Below the pieces are notes generated by a model. That model did not search any database and was not told the DNA's origin. It worked only from the letters and a program-made list of their open reading frames with translations. A stretch of 63,513 nucleotides of DNA from a virus (taxonomy: Duplodnaviria; Caudoviricetes). The translations under genes were made by a program, and so were the position numbers. The DNA lies in the IMG/VR virus record IMGVR_UViG_3300021964_006691, positions 1 through 63,513 of that record, one strand, 5' to 3'. Positions 30,408 to 38,894 of the stretch are shown here, piece after piece (within the stretch, counting starts at the first letter, position 1; each line of letters begins with the position of its first letter).

Positions 30408-30920
30408 ATGCAAACTTTAGTAATAAACACTCAATATAGAGAGAACTATGCGGCTCATAACGAAGGTTATGAACATGGTGTTGATGAAGCACATTGGAAA
30501 TTTAAGGGTGGTAGCACTTATTTTGTTACTGACTTAACTGAAGCCAATATCAACAGCATCGTTGCTAATGGTATTCCAACACTTTCTAAACTTATAGAAT
30601 ACAAAAACGAGGCTTTTGAAGAGTATATCATCGACTGGGAGATACGTGATCTTGGTAAAAATGGCGACGGTAAAGGACCAATTTGTGAGAGTTGGGAAAT
30701 TGCTACTCAGTTCTATTACGAGAACAAGCAGTGGAAATGTCGTACCCATCACACCCCAGGCGATGAATCCTATTGGAACCCTGCTATTATAAGCAGAGCG
30801 GAACAATGGATACCTGGTGAGGGTAGTACTAGAAATGACTACCAGTGTCAGTATAAAACTGCTAATGGTTGGTTTGATCGTAATGATCCTCAACTTAAAA
30901 CAGAAGTGGAGGCGGCGTAA
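30408..30920 (+). CDS. Hypothetical early protein
   Basis: Sigma70 promoter 30345; AGGAG RBS; INTQYRENYAAH...WKFKGG. Confidence 0.75.
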   Translation: MQTLVINTQYRENYAAHNEGYEHGVDEAHWKFKGGSTYFVTDLTEANINSIVANGIPTLSKLIEYKNEAFEEYIIDWEIRDLGKNGDGKGPICESWEIATQFYYENKQWKCRTHHTPGDESYWNPAIISRAEQWIPGEGSTRNDYQCQYKTANGWFDRNDPQLKTEVEAA

Positions 30921-31267
30921 TGATTAAAGATAGAAATACAACCGTACTTTCTAAAGATGTTCAACCTACAGAAAGTTTAAAAAGGTTTATTAAAAGGTGT
31001 ACTGGTGCTAAAATGACACCGGTAAAAGGGAACAACAATGCATTTTGGGTATCGGGTGACAAAAGAGGCGACTACTATGAGCAAAAATATTACAAAATAG
31101 TTTTTGGTCCAGTCACCCAAGTTTCTTACACACCAAATAGAAGTGAGAAATCAGGCTATGGTTTTGATATACAGACATCAGGCGACCTTAATGGTTGGCA
31201 GTTAATGGGCGAATATCGTAAAATGATTAAAGAAACCATGGAAAATTATAAAGAAAAGAATGCTTAA
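30920..31267 (+). CDS. Hypothetical protein
   Basis: GGAGG RBS; TAATG coupling. Confidence 0.7.
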   Translation: MIKDRNTTVLSKDVQPTESLKRFIKRCTGAKMTPVKGNNNAFWVSGDKRGDYYEQKYYKIVFGPVTQVSYTPNRSEKSGYGFDIQTSGDLNGWQLMGEYRKMIKETMENYKEKNA

Positions 31268-31332
31268 AAGGCTTGACAATATCTTAAAAAATGCTATACT
31301 ATATGTATATTAAATAAACGGGAGTAATTAAT

Positions 31333-31704
31333 ATGACAAACTTAAACACAACAAACCAAAGCAAGGACAAAATTGTATCTGTACCAGGATATCATATTGG
31401 TTCTTTTACTTGCTATAATGCAAACAATGATGATAGTGTTAATATCCAACTTACTAGTTTAGAAGAAATGTGGTATGGGCACGAAGAAAACATAGATCAT
31501 CCAGAAGGTTCAGAATACCCAGTAAGTATAAATGTTCCTCACATGAAGGTGATGAGAGAAAGAGTTTTTGATAGTGTTCTAAATAGAACTGGTATTGACA
31601 TTAGAGATTTTGACAGTATTATACATGCTTCAACATCTCCTGGCAGAGATGAGAAAGGTAACATTATCGAAAATGGTAATGAAAACATTATTAGGAACGT
31701 ATAA
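31333..31704 (+). CDS. Hypothetical early protein
   Basis: Promoter 31273; GGAG RBS. Confidence 0.7.
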   Translation: MTNLNTTNQSKDKIVSVPGYHIGSFTCYNANNDDSVNIQLTSLEEMWYGHEENIDHPEGSEYPVSINVPHMKVMRERVFDSVLNRTGIDIRDFDSIIHASTSPGRDEKGNIIENGNENIIRNV

Positions 31705-32981
31705 TGAATCCTTGGAAGATCATACAAAAATTGGAATCTGATAACAGCAGACTTTTTAAAGAGTCTGTTGTTGCTGATCATATTGATAACGAAGAATTTG
31801 TTATGGGTGCCAAGTATGCACTTGACCCTCTTGTAACTTTTGGTGTACAACAAGTACCCTTTAGTGAAACTGATGGCAATGGTATTAGCAGTTCATCTTT
31901 TTATGAAATTGCTGACAAGTTAATTAATAGACAATTAACAGGACATGCGGCTCGTGATGCTATACAAGAGTTATGTGATAGTGCTACTAATGAGCAATGG
32001 AACGACTGGTACAGACGAATCCTTATTAAGGACTTTAGATGTGGTACTAGTGTAAAAACATTTAATGGTGTTAAAAAAGGTATTATTCCAGTATTTGGTT
32101 GTATGTTGGCACATGACGGAGCAAAACATCCTAAAAAAATAAAAGGCGAGTGTATGGTTGAATACAAATACGATGGCGTAAGAGTTATTGCTATTGTACA
32201 AAATGGTGATGCTACTTTGTATTCACGTAATGGCAAATTACTTCCTAACTTTCCTCATATTGAAGAGGCACTAGGCAAGCCAGAGTTTGAAGGACTTGTA
32301 TTTGATGGCGAGGTAATGAGCGAAGACTTCCAAACACTTATGAAACAGGTACACAGAAAAACTGGTGCTCAAACAGAGGATGCCTACTTGGCTGTGTTTG
32401 ATATGCTTACCCTTGCAGAATTTAATGCAGGTGGTACAACTAAAAATGCTGAAGTAAGACGCGGCAGACTTATAGAATTAGACCATGCTAACTTACTTCC
32501 AGACAGCATTAGAATAGTTGATGCATATAGTGTAAACTTTGATACTGAAGAGGGTAAAGCAGAGTTTGATAAACTAAACAAAACAGCATTAGCCGAAGGT
32601 TATGAAGGCTTAATGATTAAGCCCATAAACGAAGGGTACAAGTGTAAACGTTCACATGCTTGGTTAAAGGTCAAACCTTTTATTGAAGTAACACTTAAAG
32701 TTATTGCATTAGAAGAAGGCACAGGCAAAAACGAAGGCATGTTAGGTGCTCTAGTTGTTGAAGGTGAAGACGATGGTAAGTTTTTCCATGTAAATGTGGG
32801 TAGTGGACTTACTGATGACATGCGTAAGGATGTTTGGGCGGCACAGGATAGTGTTATTGGTCAACTTGTAGAGATCAGAGCTGATGCGGCAACACAATCA
32901 CAAGATGCTGAAGATACTTGGAGCCTCAGGTTCCCAAGGTTTAAGACCTTTAGAGGTTTTGAACTAGGAGAAAAAATATAA
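31704..32981 (+). CDS. lig: ATP-dependent DNA ligase
   Basis: EYKYDGVR, YSRNG, FDGE, EGLMIK, WLKVK, SLRFPRF. Confidence 0.96.
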   Translation: MNPWKIIQKLESDNSRLFKESVVADHIDNEEFVMGAKYALDPLVTFGVQQVPFSETDGNGISSSSFYEIADKLINRQLTGHAARDAIQELCDSATNEQWNDWYRRILIKDFRCGTSVKTFNGVKKGIIPVFGCMLAHDGAKHPKKIKGECMVEYKYDGVRVIAIVQNGDATLYSRNGKLLPNFPHIEEALGKPEFEGLVFDGEVMSEDFQTLMKQVHRKTGAQTEDAYLAVFDMLTLAEFNAGGTTKNAEVRRGRLIELDHANLLPDSIRIVDAYSVNFDTEEGKAEFDKLNKTALAEGYEGLMIKPINEGYKCKRSHAWLKVKPFIEVTLKVIALEEGTGKNEGMLGALVVEGEDDGKFFHVNVGSGLTDDMRKDVWAAQDSVIGQLVEIRADAATQSQDAEDTWSLRFPRFKTFRGFELGEKI

Positions 32982-33060
32982 TGCAAACTTTAATAAATGC
33001 GGTAATTTTAGGGCAACTACTTATTATGTGGGTAGTTTGGGTTGTAAGCCAGGCAATATA

Positions 33061-33423
33061 ATGACTAAAAAGCAAAAGCAAAAAATTCATAATATAGTAC
33101 AGAGTACATTTAAAATTGTAGGTTGTGCATTTTTATTCCTTGGTATGACTATGGCACTAGGAGTAAATCCTCACATGGAACTTACTTCTTACTTGCTGTT
33201 ATTTGCTGGTACTCTAATGATAATAGTGCATAGTTTTAGAGATAACGATCACATGTATTTGTTAGTATCAAGTGCAGGATTTGTACTTGTTGGCGGTGCA
33301 TTCTTAGACACAGAAACAGCAATAATGATAGCAAACAACTATGGCATTGCACTAACCGAAGAACAAGGTTGGTTTGCAAAATATGGTAAAGTGTTTGTAG
33401 AAATTATTAAAGCAGTAACTTAA
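33061..33423 (+). CDS. Membrane protein
   Basis: Three hydrophobic segments; ATG 33061 preferred as start. Confidence 0.6.
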   Translation: MTKKQKQKIHNIVQSTFKIVGCAFLFLGMTMALGVNPHMELTSYLLLFAGTLMIIVHSFRDNDHMYLLVSSAGFVLVGGAFLDTETAIMIANNYGIALTEEQGWFAKYGKVFVEIIKAVT

Positions 33424-33434
33424 TAAATATATAC

Positions 33435-33758
33435 GTGGGCCAATATACAGATAAGATAAATGCTATTGCAGAAGATTTTGCTACAATAGATTTTTATGAA
33501 AAGTTATCTGCCTTAGAAGCTCGAAATGGAATGATGATAATACATTATAATCATGGTGGTAAAAAAATTACATTTAGCCGAGATTCAGAATACGAAGGAA
33601 CGTCAGGAAAAGCAGGAGATGAAATTACAATTCCTGCTATAGATAAAGATTACATCAGTCTTAAAGAAAAATATCAGTCTGAAACCTGGGGAGCCCAATT
33701 GGGCAAATGGTGGAAAAAAATTACCAATAAAGAATATAATCCTAATAAAAGGTATTGA
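33435..33758 (+). CDS. Hypothetical protein
   Basis: 107-aa ORF, GTG start. Confidence 0.55.
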   Translation: MGQYTDKINAIAEDFATIDFYEKLSALEARNGMMIIHYNHGGKKITFSRDSEYEGTSGKAGDEITIPAIDKDYISLKEKYQSETWGAQLGKWWKKITNKEYNPNKRY

Positions 33759-33797
33759 CAATAAAATACTTTATGTTATACTAGTTAAAAATTAAAT

Positions 33798-34028
33798 ATG
33801 CCAAACAACAAAAACGAAGAAAGTGAACAAGTAAATGTTCAAGCAGTATGTAAACATCTTAATGTAGGTAGATTCCAGGTAGTTTTAATCGCTACACAGG
33901 TTGCCAGAATGGAAGGTATTAGACCACATGACGCATTAAAGAAAATGCTTGAAATAGAAGATATGGATGTCTATTTTAAAGAAATGAAGGAAAAACAGAT
34001 AAAGGCAGAATTTAATAAAAAGTTTTGA
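33798..34028 (+). CDS. RNA polymerase omega-subunit-like protein
   Basis: VGRFQVVLIATQVAR...DAL..M resembles RpoZ GNRFDLVLVAARRAR...AL.EI; own promoter 33755. Confidence 0.45.
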   Translation: MPNNKNEESEQVNVQAVCKHLNVGRFQVVLIATQVARMEGIRPHDALKKMLEIEDMDVYFKEMKEKQIKAEFNKKF

Positions 34029-34125
34029 GGAGCCCGTGTGGTATTTCGTAAACTGGGTATGGCAAAAGTGAAAAGTGTAGTCAACAACCACTCCATAGTA
34101 AAGTCCCAAAGTGTACCGCTCCTCA
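34026..34125 (-). ncRNA. Candidate ~100-nt late small RNA
   Basis: Terminal inverted repeat TGAGGAGC/GCTCCTCA; minus-strand GATAAATA at 34137-34130 just upstream. Confidence 0.45.
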
Positions 34126-34162
34126 CACCTATTTATCAATAGGGGGTTAATACCTCGGGTAA

Positions 34163-34237
34163 GGGACAGGTCCACGAAGCAACACCAGTCCACAATATAA
34201 TACACGATCTGAGTGTAAAGTGTGGACCATCCCTCCA
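34163..34237 (+). ncRNA. Candidate structured RNA ending in CCA, immediately 5' of tRNA-Glu
   Basis: AGGGA/TCCCT, GGTCCAC/GTGGACC and TACAC/GTGTA pairings. Confidence 0.4.
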
Positions 34238-34243
34238 GTTTTT

Positions 34244-34318
34244 GCCGCATTCGTCTAGTGGTTAGGACACCGGGTTTTCATCTCGGCAACAGGAGTTCGA
34301 TTCTCCTATGCGGTGCCA
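34244..34318 (+). tRNA. tRNA-Glu(UUC)
   Basis: GCCGCAT/ATGCGGT acceptor stem; CCGGG-TTTTCAT-CTCGG; GTTCGATT; CCA. Confidence 0.95.
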
Positions 34319-34339
34319 TTAATTCTTATAAATAACTGT

Positions 34340-34618
34340 ATGAAATTTACACCAAAGTGTGCAAACGATGGTAAACTTGGTTATGTGTCTGCAGATGGAT
34401 ACTTTAGACCCTGCTGTTGGAGGCCTTTTAAAGATAAAACATTCGATAAAGATGACTTTAACTTATCAAAAGTAACTTTAGATGAAGCCGTAGAAAACAC
34501 AAATCAATGGCTAAAAGAGACGATTAAAAAAGATATAAACGATATAGATCATGTATGTAAGGTACATTGTGTATATAATTTAACATCTAAATATAGCAAC
34601 CAAGATGAGAGGTTGTAA
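34340..34618 (+). CDS. Stand-alone SPASM/twitch-like Fe-S protein (start reassigned to ATG 34340)
   Basis: PKC...YVSADGYFRPCCW...CKVHC; TATAAATA 5 nt upstream. Confidence 0.65.
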   Translation: MKFTPKCANDGKLGYVSADGYFRPCCWRPFKDKTFDKDDFNLSKVTLDEAVENTNQWLKETIKKDINDIDHVCKVHCVYNLTSKYSNQDERL

Positions 34619-34620
34619 AA

Positions 34621-35262
34621 GTGTCTAATGAGTACATTAAGCCTAGTAGATTACATCTAGAAATAACTAAAAGATGTACTTTAAAGTGTCCTAAATGCCC
34701 CAGAACGTCATATAAAGGCATGTATGACCCTAATACAGATTTATCTTTAGACACAATAAAGAACCTTGTAGACAAGAATAAATTTAAAACAATCTTGTGT
34801 TGCGGTAATTTTGGAGATCCCATTTATCATCCTCAGGCATTAGAAATATTTAAATATTTGTCAGATAATAGCAACGTTCTAAGTATTAATACGAATGGTA
34901 GCGGTAAAAAACTAAATTGGTGGAAAGATTACTATAATACAATAGGGAAAAAGGATATTACAGTATTTGGTGTTGATGGCTTAAAAGATACAAGTAAATT
35001 ATATAGAGTAAATCAAGATTGGGATAGTGTTTTTCAAGCAATGAAGTTAGGAGCAAAATTAGGCCATAGAGTAGCCTGGCAATGGATACCATTTAGTTTT
35101 AATGAACACCAAATACCACAAGCACGCCTATTAGCAAAAAGACATAATATACATTTTATGCTACTAAAAAGTGAACGATGGGATAAAGATGATCCAATGA
35201 AACCAAACAACAAAGATCTTTACATAGAAAATGAACCTTTTCTTGACAAAATAATAGAATAG
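34621..35262 (+). CDS. Radical SAM protein
   Basis: CTLKCPKC, GNFGDP, TNGS, FGVDG, FNEHQ. Confidence 0.9.
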   Translation: MSNEYIKPSRLHLEITKRCTLKCPKCPRTSYKGMYDPNTDLSLDTIKNLVDKNKFKTILCCGNFGDPIYHPQALEIFKYLSDNSNVLSINTNGSGKKLNWWKDYYNTIGKKDITVFGVDGLKDTSKLYRVNQDWDSVFQAMKLGAKLGHRVAWQWIPFSFNEHQIPQARLLAKRHNIHFMLLKSERWDKDDPMKPNNKDLYIENEPFLDKIIE

Positions 35263-35278
35263 TGTATCATATACAATA

Positions 35279-35689
35279 ATGAATATCAGTATAACAGGTA
35301 GAATTGCAAAAAGAAAGCAAGTAGAAACTTTTATATTTGATAGTCTAGAACACCTTATGCCTAGACTCAGACGAGATATAGACATAGATGTTCGTATAGT
35401 AACACGATGTGATGAAAATCATTATGCATTGTGTTTAGGCGATAAGAATAGTGTGGAAATAGAACTTGCACGTGGTAGTGGTAATACAACATTTACTTTA
35501 AAAGAGATGATGGTGAACCTGGCACATGAATTAGTTCATGCCAAACAGTTTATTAAAGGAGAGTTACACCCTAGTTTAAATAGATGGAAAAAATTAGACT
35601 ATAGTAATACTGCTTACAGTAGACAACCTTGGGAAAAAGAAGCATACTTATTAGAAGATAAATTAGTTGAAAAATTTTGGAATAAATAA
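35279..35689 (+). CDS. HEXXH zinc metallopeptidase-like phage protein
   Basis: LAHELVHAKQ...Y..QPWEKEAY. Confidence 0.75.
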   Translation: MNISITGRIAKRKQVETFIFDSLEHLMPRLRRDIDIDVRIVTRCDENHYALCLGDKNSVEIELARGSGNTTFTLKEMMVNLAHELVHAKQFIKGELHPSLNRWKKLDYSNTAYSRQPWEKEAYLLEDKLVEKFWNK

Positions 35690-35856
35690 TGGCAAAAGCA
35701 AGTAGAAGAAAAGTAAATAAATCACTTATTAATGGCACAGGTAAAAAATGCACATCAATAGGTAAAGGTGGTAGAGGACGCAAAGTAAAAATTGCTATGT
35801 CTACTATGAACAAAGGTAAAAAACGTTCTATGTCTATTAATAGAGGTCAAGGATAA
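35689..35856 (+). CDS. Very basic small protein (55 aa, not in ORF track)
   Basis: MAKASRRKVNKSLINGTGKKCTSIGKGGRGRKVKIAMSTMNKGKKRSMSINRGQG; TAATG coupling. Confidence 0.65.
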   Translation: MAKASRRKVNKSLINGTGKKCTSIGKGGRGRKVKIAMSTMNKGKKRSMSINRGQG

Positions 35857-35867
35857 TAAATAAACGT

Positions 35868-36413
35868 ATGTTAGAACCTTCAGATAAATGGCTATGTAAA
35901 TTAGTAGAACCTAAGCATCCTGCACTCCACAGACCTGCGAATATAGATCCATTTTCTGCTCCAGATGATGCCAATTGGGCTCAAAGAGAAGTAGATATGT
36001 TTGAGCTCATGCATAAAAGAATTGGCATAGGCTTGGCAAGTCCTCAAATCGGTAACAGTTACAATATGTTTGTAATGAATATGAAAGATACTGGAGATGT
36101 AGGTGTTTATAACCCTAAGATAATTGAGTTTAGTGAAGAGACTATTTTAATGGAAGAGGGTTGTTTAACATTTCCATTACTATTTGTACACATTACCAGA
36201 CCAGAAAAGGTAAAAGTTAGTTACACATTGTATGATGGAGTAACAGAAGTAGAAGGTTGGCTAGAAGGAATGGATGCCAGATGTTTTCAACATGAATACG
36301 AACATTTGCAGGGTGATCTTTTTATAGATAAAGTAAGTGAATTTAAGTTGCAGAGAGCAATGAAAAAACGAGAAAAATATCTTAAAGAAATCCAACGCAA
36401 AGTCAAGATATGA
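35868..36413 (+). CDS. def: Peptide deformylase
   Basis: GIGLASPQ, EGCLT, QHEYEHLQG. Confidence 0.93.
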   Translation: MLEPSDKWLCKLVEPKHPALHRPANIDPFSAPDDANWAQREVDMFELMHKRIGIGLASPQIGNSYNMFVMNMKDTGDVGVYNPKIIEFSEETILMEEGCLTFPLLFVHITRPEKVKVSYTLYDGVTEVEGWLEGMDARCFQHEYEHLQGDLFIDKVSEFKLQRAMKKREKYLKEIQRKVKI

Positions 36414-37252
36414 TCAATTATCCTTTTTGGGTAAATGACTTCGATAGAGTCAAAGACCACAGACTTACCCATCCAGACGTAGCAAAAATATTTGAGCAAC
36501 CTGTTGCATTTTGGTACGGCGCCAAAAAAAATAAAAATGCTAATAAAAACTTAGATAAAAGTCTTAAACGACTATTAAAAAGAACCTTACCTGGATTACC
36601 TTATTTTGTTTTATATAACTTACCTAATAGAGATATAGGACAATACAGTAAAGGAGGCGCCGGAGATGCCACAGAGTATCTTTTATTCCTCCAAGAGTTT
36701 TGTAAAGGTATTAAAGGGCATAGTCCTATAATTATATATGAGCCTGATGCCTTACCACATACTACAATGATGACGCCCAAAGAAGCTCAGTATCGCATTA
36801 ATTTAATGAAGGCAGGTATTGATGTGCTTACAGAAGAAAGCGATGCATTAGTGTACATAGACATTGGCCATAGTAATTGGCTAAGCCCAGAACAAGCATC
36901 AGAGCTAATTTCCAGTGTATCTAACGACAAAGTAAGAGGGTTTAGTGTTAATGTAAGTAATTATAGAACTACAATAGAATCAGCCAAATGGGCAAATAAA
37001 ATATGTGAGCACAGACCTATGGATCAATATGTGATAGATACTAGTCGTAACGGCAATGGCCCACATGGTAATAACTGGTGTAATCCCCCTGGAAGAGCAG
37101 TAGGCGAACCACCTACATGCAATACAGGATTAGAAAAATGTGATGCATTTCTTTGGGTAAAGATTCCTGGAGAATCAGATGGTAAAGGCAATGGTGGACC
37201 CAGAGCTGGTAAGTTTTGGCCTGAAATGGCAACAGAATTAATTAAAAATTAA
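36410..37252 (+). CDS. Glycoside hydrolase family 6 (cellulase-like)
   Basis: YNLPNRD, YEPDAL, YIDIGHSNWL, NVSNY, VIDTSRNGNG, WCNPPG, WVKIPGESDG. Confidence 0.9.
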   Translation: MINYPFWVNDFDRVKDHRLTHPDVAKIFEQPVAFWYGAKKNKNANKNLDKSLKRLLKRTLPGLPYFVLYNLPNRDIGQYSKGGAGDATEYLLFLQEFCKGIKGHSPIIIYEPDALPHTTMMTPKEAQYRINLMKAGIDVLTEESDALVYIDIGHSNWLSPEQASELISSVSNDKVRGFSVNVSNYRTTIESAKWANKICEHRPMDQYVIDTSRNGNGPHGNNWCNPPGRAVGEPPTCNTGLEKCDAFLWVKIPGESDGKGNGGPRAGKFWPEMATELIKN

Positions 37253-37635
37253 CTAACACCACTAGGATCTTGATCATCCATGTCTGGCATATCAGGTTTC
37301 TCAGGCATTTCTTTATTATCTCCCCTTGGTGCATTTAATTCTGCATCTAAATAGTTTCTAGCACCGTCTAAATAATTTTGTGCTTTCACTATTTTACTTT
37401 GCCACCAATGTGGGAAATCTGAATCTGGTAAATCTTTTAACATTTTGTGCATGTCTATAGAAGCCTTACCTATTAAGTATAAGTTCTTCATTAACATGCC
37501 TCTTTCGTTATCTACATGTCCAACAGCAACCTTTTCAACCTCACCTTCGCCTGTGTCTGATTTGTAATCAACTCCAGGCTCGCCATCTTCGTTTACTATT
37601 CCTGCTAATTTTTGTAATCTATCTATTTCGTTCAT
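37249..37635 (-). CDS. Putative head cargo protein
   Basis: MNEIDRLQKLAGIVNE; FPHWWQSKI; late promoter 5 nt upstream. Confidence 0.65.
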   Translation of the reverse strand: MNEIDRLQKLAGIVNEDGEPGVDYKSDTGEGEVEKVAVGHVDNERGMLMKNLYLIGKASIDMHKMLKDLPDSDFPHWWQSKIVKAQNYLDGARNYLDAELNAPRGDNKEMPEKPDMPDMDDQDPSGVS

Positions 37636-37636
37636 A

Positions 37637-38854
37637 CTAGTATTTATCTAATTCTGCAATTAAACCTTTTAATGGTTCTAATCTTGTTAGTAATTTTCTA
37701 TTGTGTTTTAAATGGCCTAAAGCAATTTCAGAGTTAAGTATGCTACTCAGCTCATCTATACTCATATTATTAATAACATGAAGTAAATTGAAGTCATTAT
37801 GTAAGTAATGATGGTATGATGTTACAGGTATTTTGTTATATTCAAATAAATGTTTAAATGTTTTATAGCCTAAACTTTCTAAATACTTTTCCAGTGGATA
37901 TGATATATGTAAAAAAGGTATTCCATACCAAAAGTTTTTATATGTCTTTTCTGTTAGGAAAAAATTATTTTTACCACTTTCAGAACTACTGTATAATATA
38001 GAAGGATTATCTCTAGATGCTGTTGTTTCAACAAAAATATTAAAGGCACATCTATTATATATTTCATCATCCATACACCATTCATCATTAGTCATATAGT
38101 CATCATAAATTATAGGAGTACTAAATAATTCAAAGTTAGTTTCTATGTTATACTCTTTACATGCTAGTTCTAAATGGCTATCCCATTTATTATCACTTCC
38201 TTCATTGTGCCAGGAATATATAGACTTTTTATTCATTTTATTATGTATAAAAAAAGCATGAACTATTTTTCTAAAATATCTGGCATTTTTTTGCAGTAAA
38301 CAGTAATGTAGATCAAAATTCCTATGTTTTATTTCAGGTGGCGGGATATTTTTACCTGATTGATGTATCATAAAACTTGTACTAAATCCGTCATAAGAAA
38401 AAATTTCTATTTTTTCAAATTCAGGTATATAGTTACTGCAATCTATGTCAGATATAAACTCTCCTGTGAGCCATTGTTCTCTAAAGAACTCTTGAGGATT
38501 ACATGACGTAATTAGTTTTATATTACAAGCAGGTACGCCCTTATCAATTAGTTTAATAAGGTATTCTATAAATGGTACATTTATGAAATCTTCTATGATT
38601 GTATCAAGTATTAGTATATTTTTATTATTGCTAACAGATTTCTCAACAACCTGTTCTATCATTTCTTCACTTATGTGATCGTATGTCTGATTGCCAGCAT
38701 ACGAAAATATCATACAGGGATAGTAAGCATTGTCTGTAAACTCTGCTTTTAAATTTAATTTTTCGTTATAAGTTTTTATATGGCCATATAAAGTTTTATG
38801 GATTAATACTTCAGATGGAGCAAAGAACTTGTCGTATATAGGTAGCATATACAA
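37637..38854 (-). CDS. Glycosyltransferase-like protein (GT10-like C-terminus)
   Basis: FNIFVET...FLTEKTYK....PF...LESLGYKTF. Confidence 0.5.
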   Translation of the reverse strand: MYMLPIYDKFFAPSEVLIHKTLYGHIKTYNEKLNLKAEFTDNAYYPCMIFSYAGNQTYDHISEEMIEQVVEKSVSNNKNILILDTIIEDFINVPFIEYLIKLIDKGVPACNIKLITSCNPQEFFREQWLTGEFISDIDCSNYIPEFEKIEIFSYDGFSTSFMIHQSGKNIPPPEIKHRNFDLHYCLLQKNARYFRKIVHAFFIHNKMNKKSIYSWHNEGSDNKWDSHLELACKEYNIETNFELFSTPIIYDDYMTNDEWCMDDEIYNRCAFNIFVETTASRDNPSILYSSSESGKNNFFLTEKTYKNFWYGIPFLHISYPLEKYLESLGYKTFKHLFEYNKIPVTSYHHYLHNDFNLLHVINNMSIDELSSILNSEIALGHLKHNRKLLTRLEPLKGLIAELDKY

Positions 38855-38894
38855 CTATTTAGTTTTTAAGTATGAGATTTTTTACTATTGCGGT

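Noticed and set aside
34167-34186. CAGGTCCACGAAGCAAC resembling SRP RNA helix 8
   Set aside because: Lacks the GNRA tetraloop stem and flanking pairing; likely coincidental
34313-34339. ORF-track GTG start for the SPASM-like gene
   Set aside because: Overlaps the tRNA-Glu 3' end; ATG 34340 sits 5 nt after a late promoter
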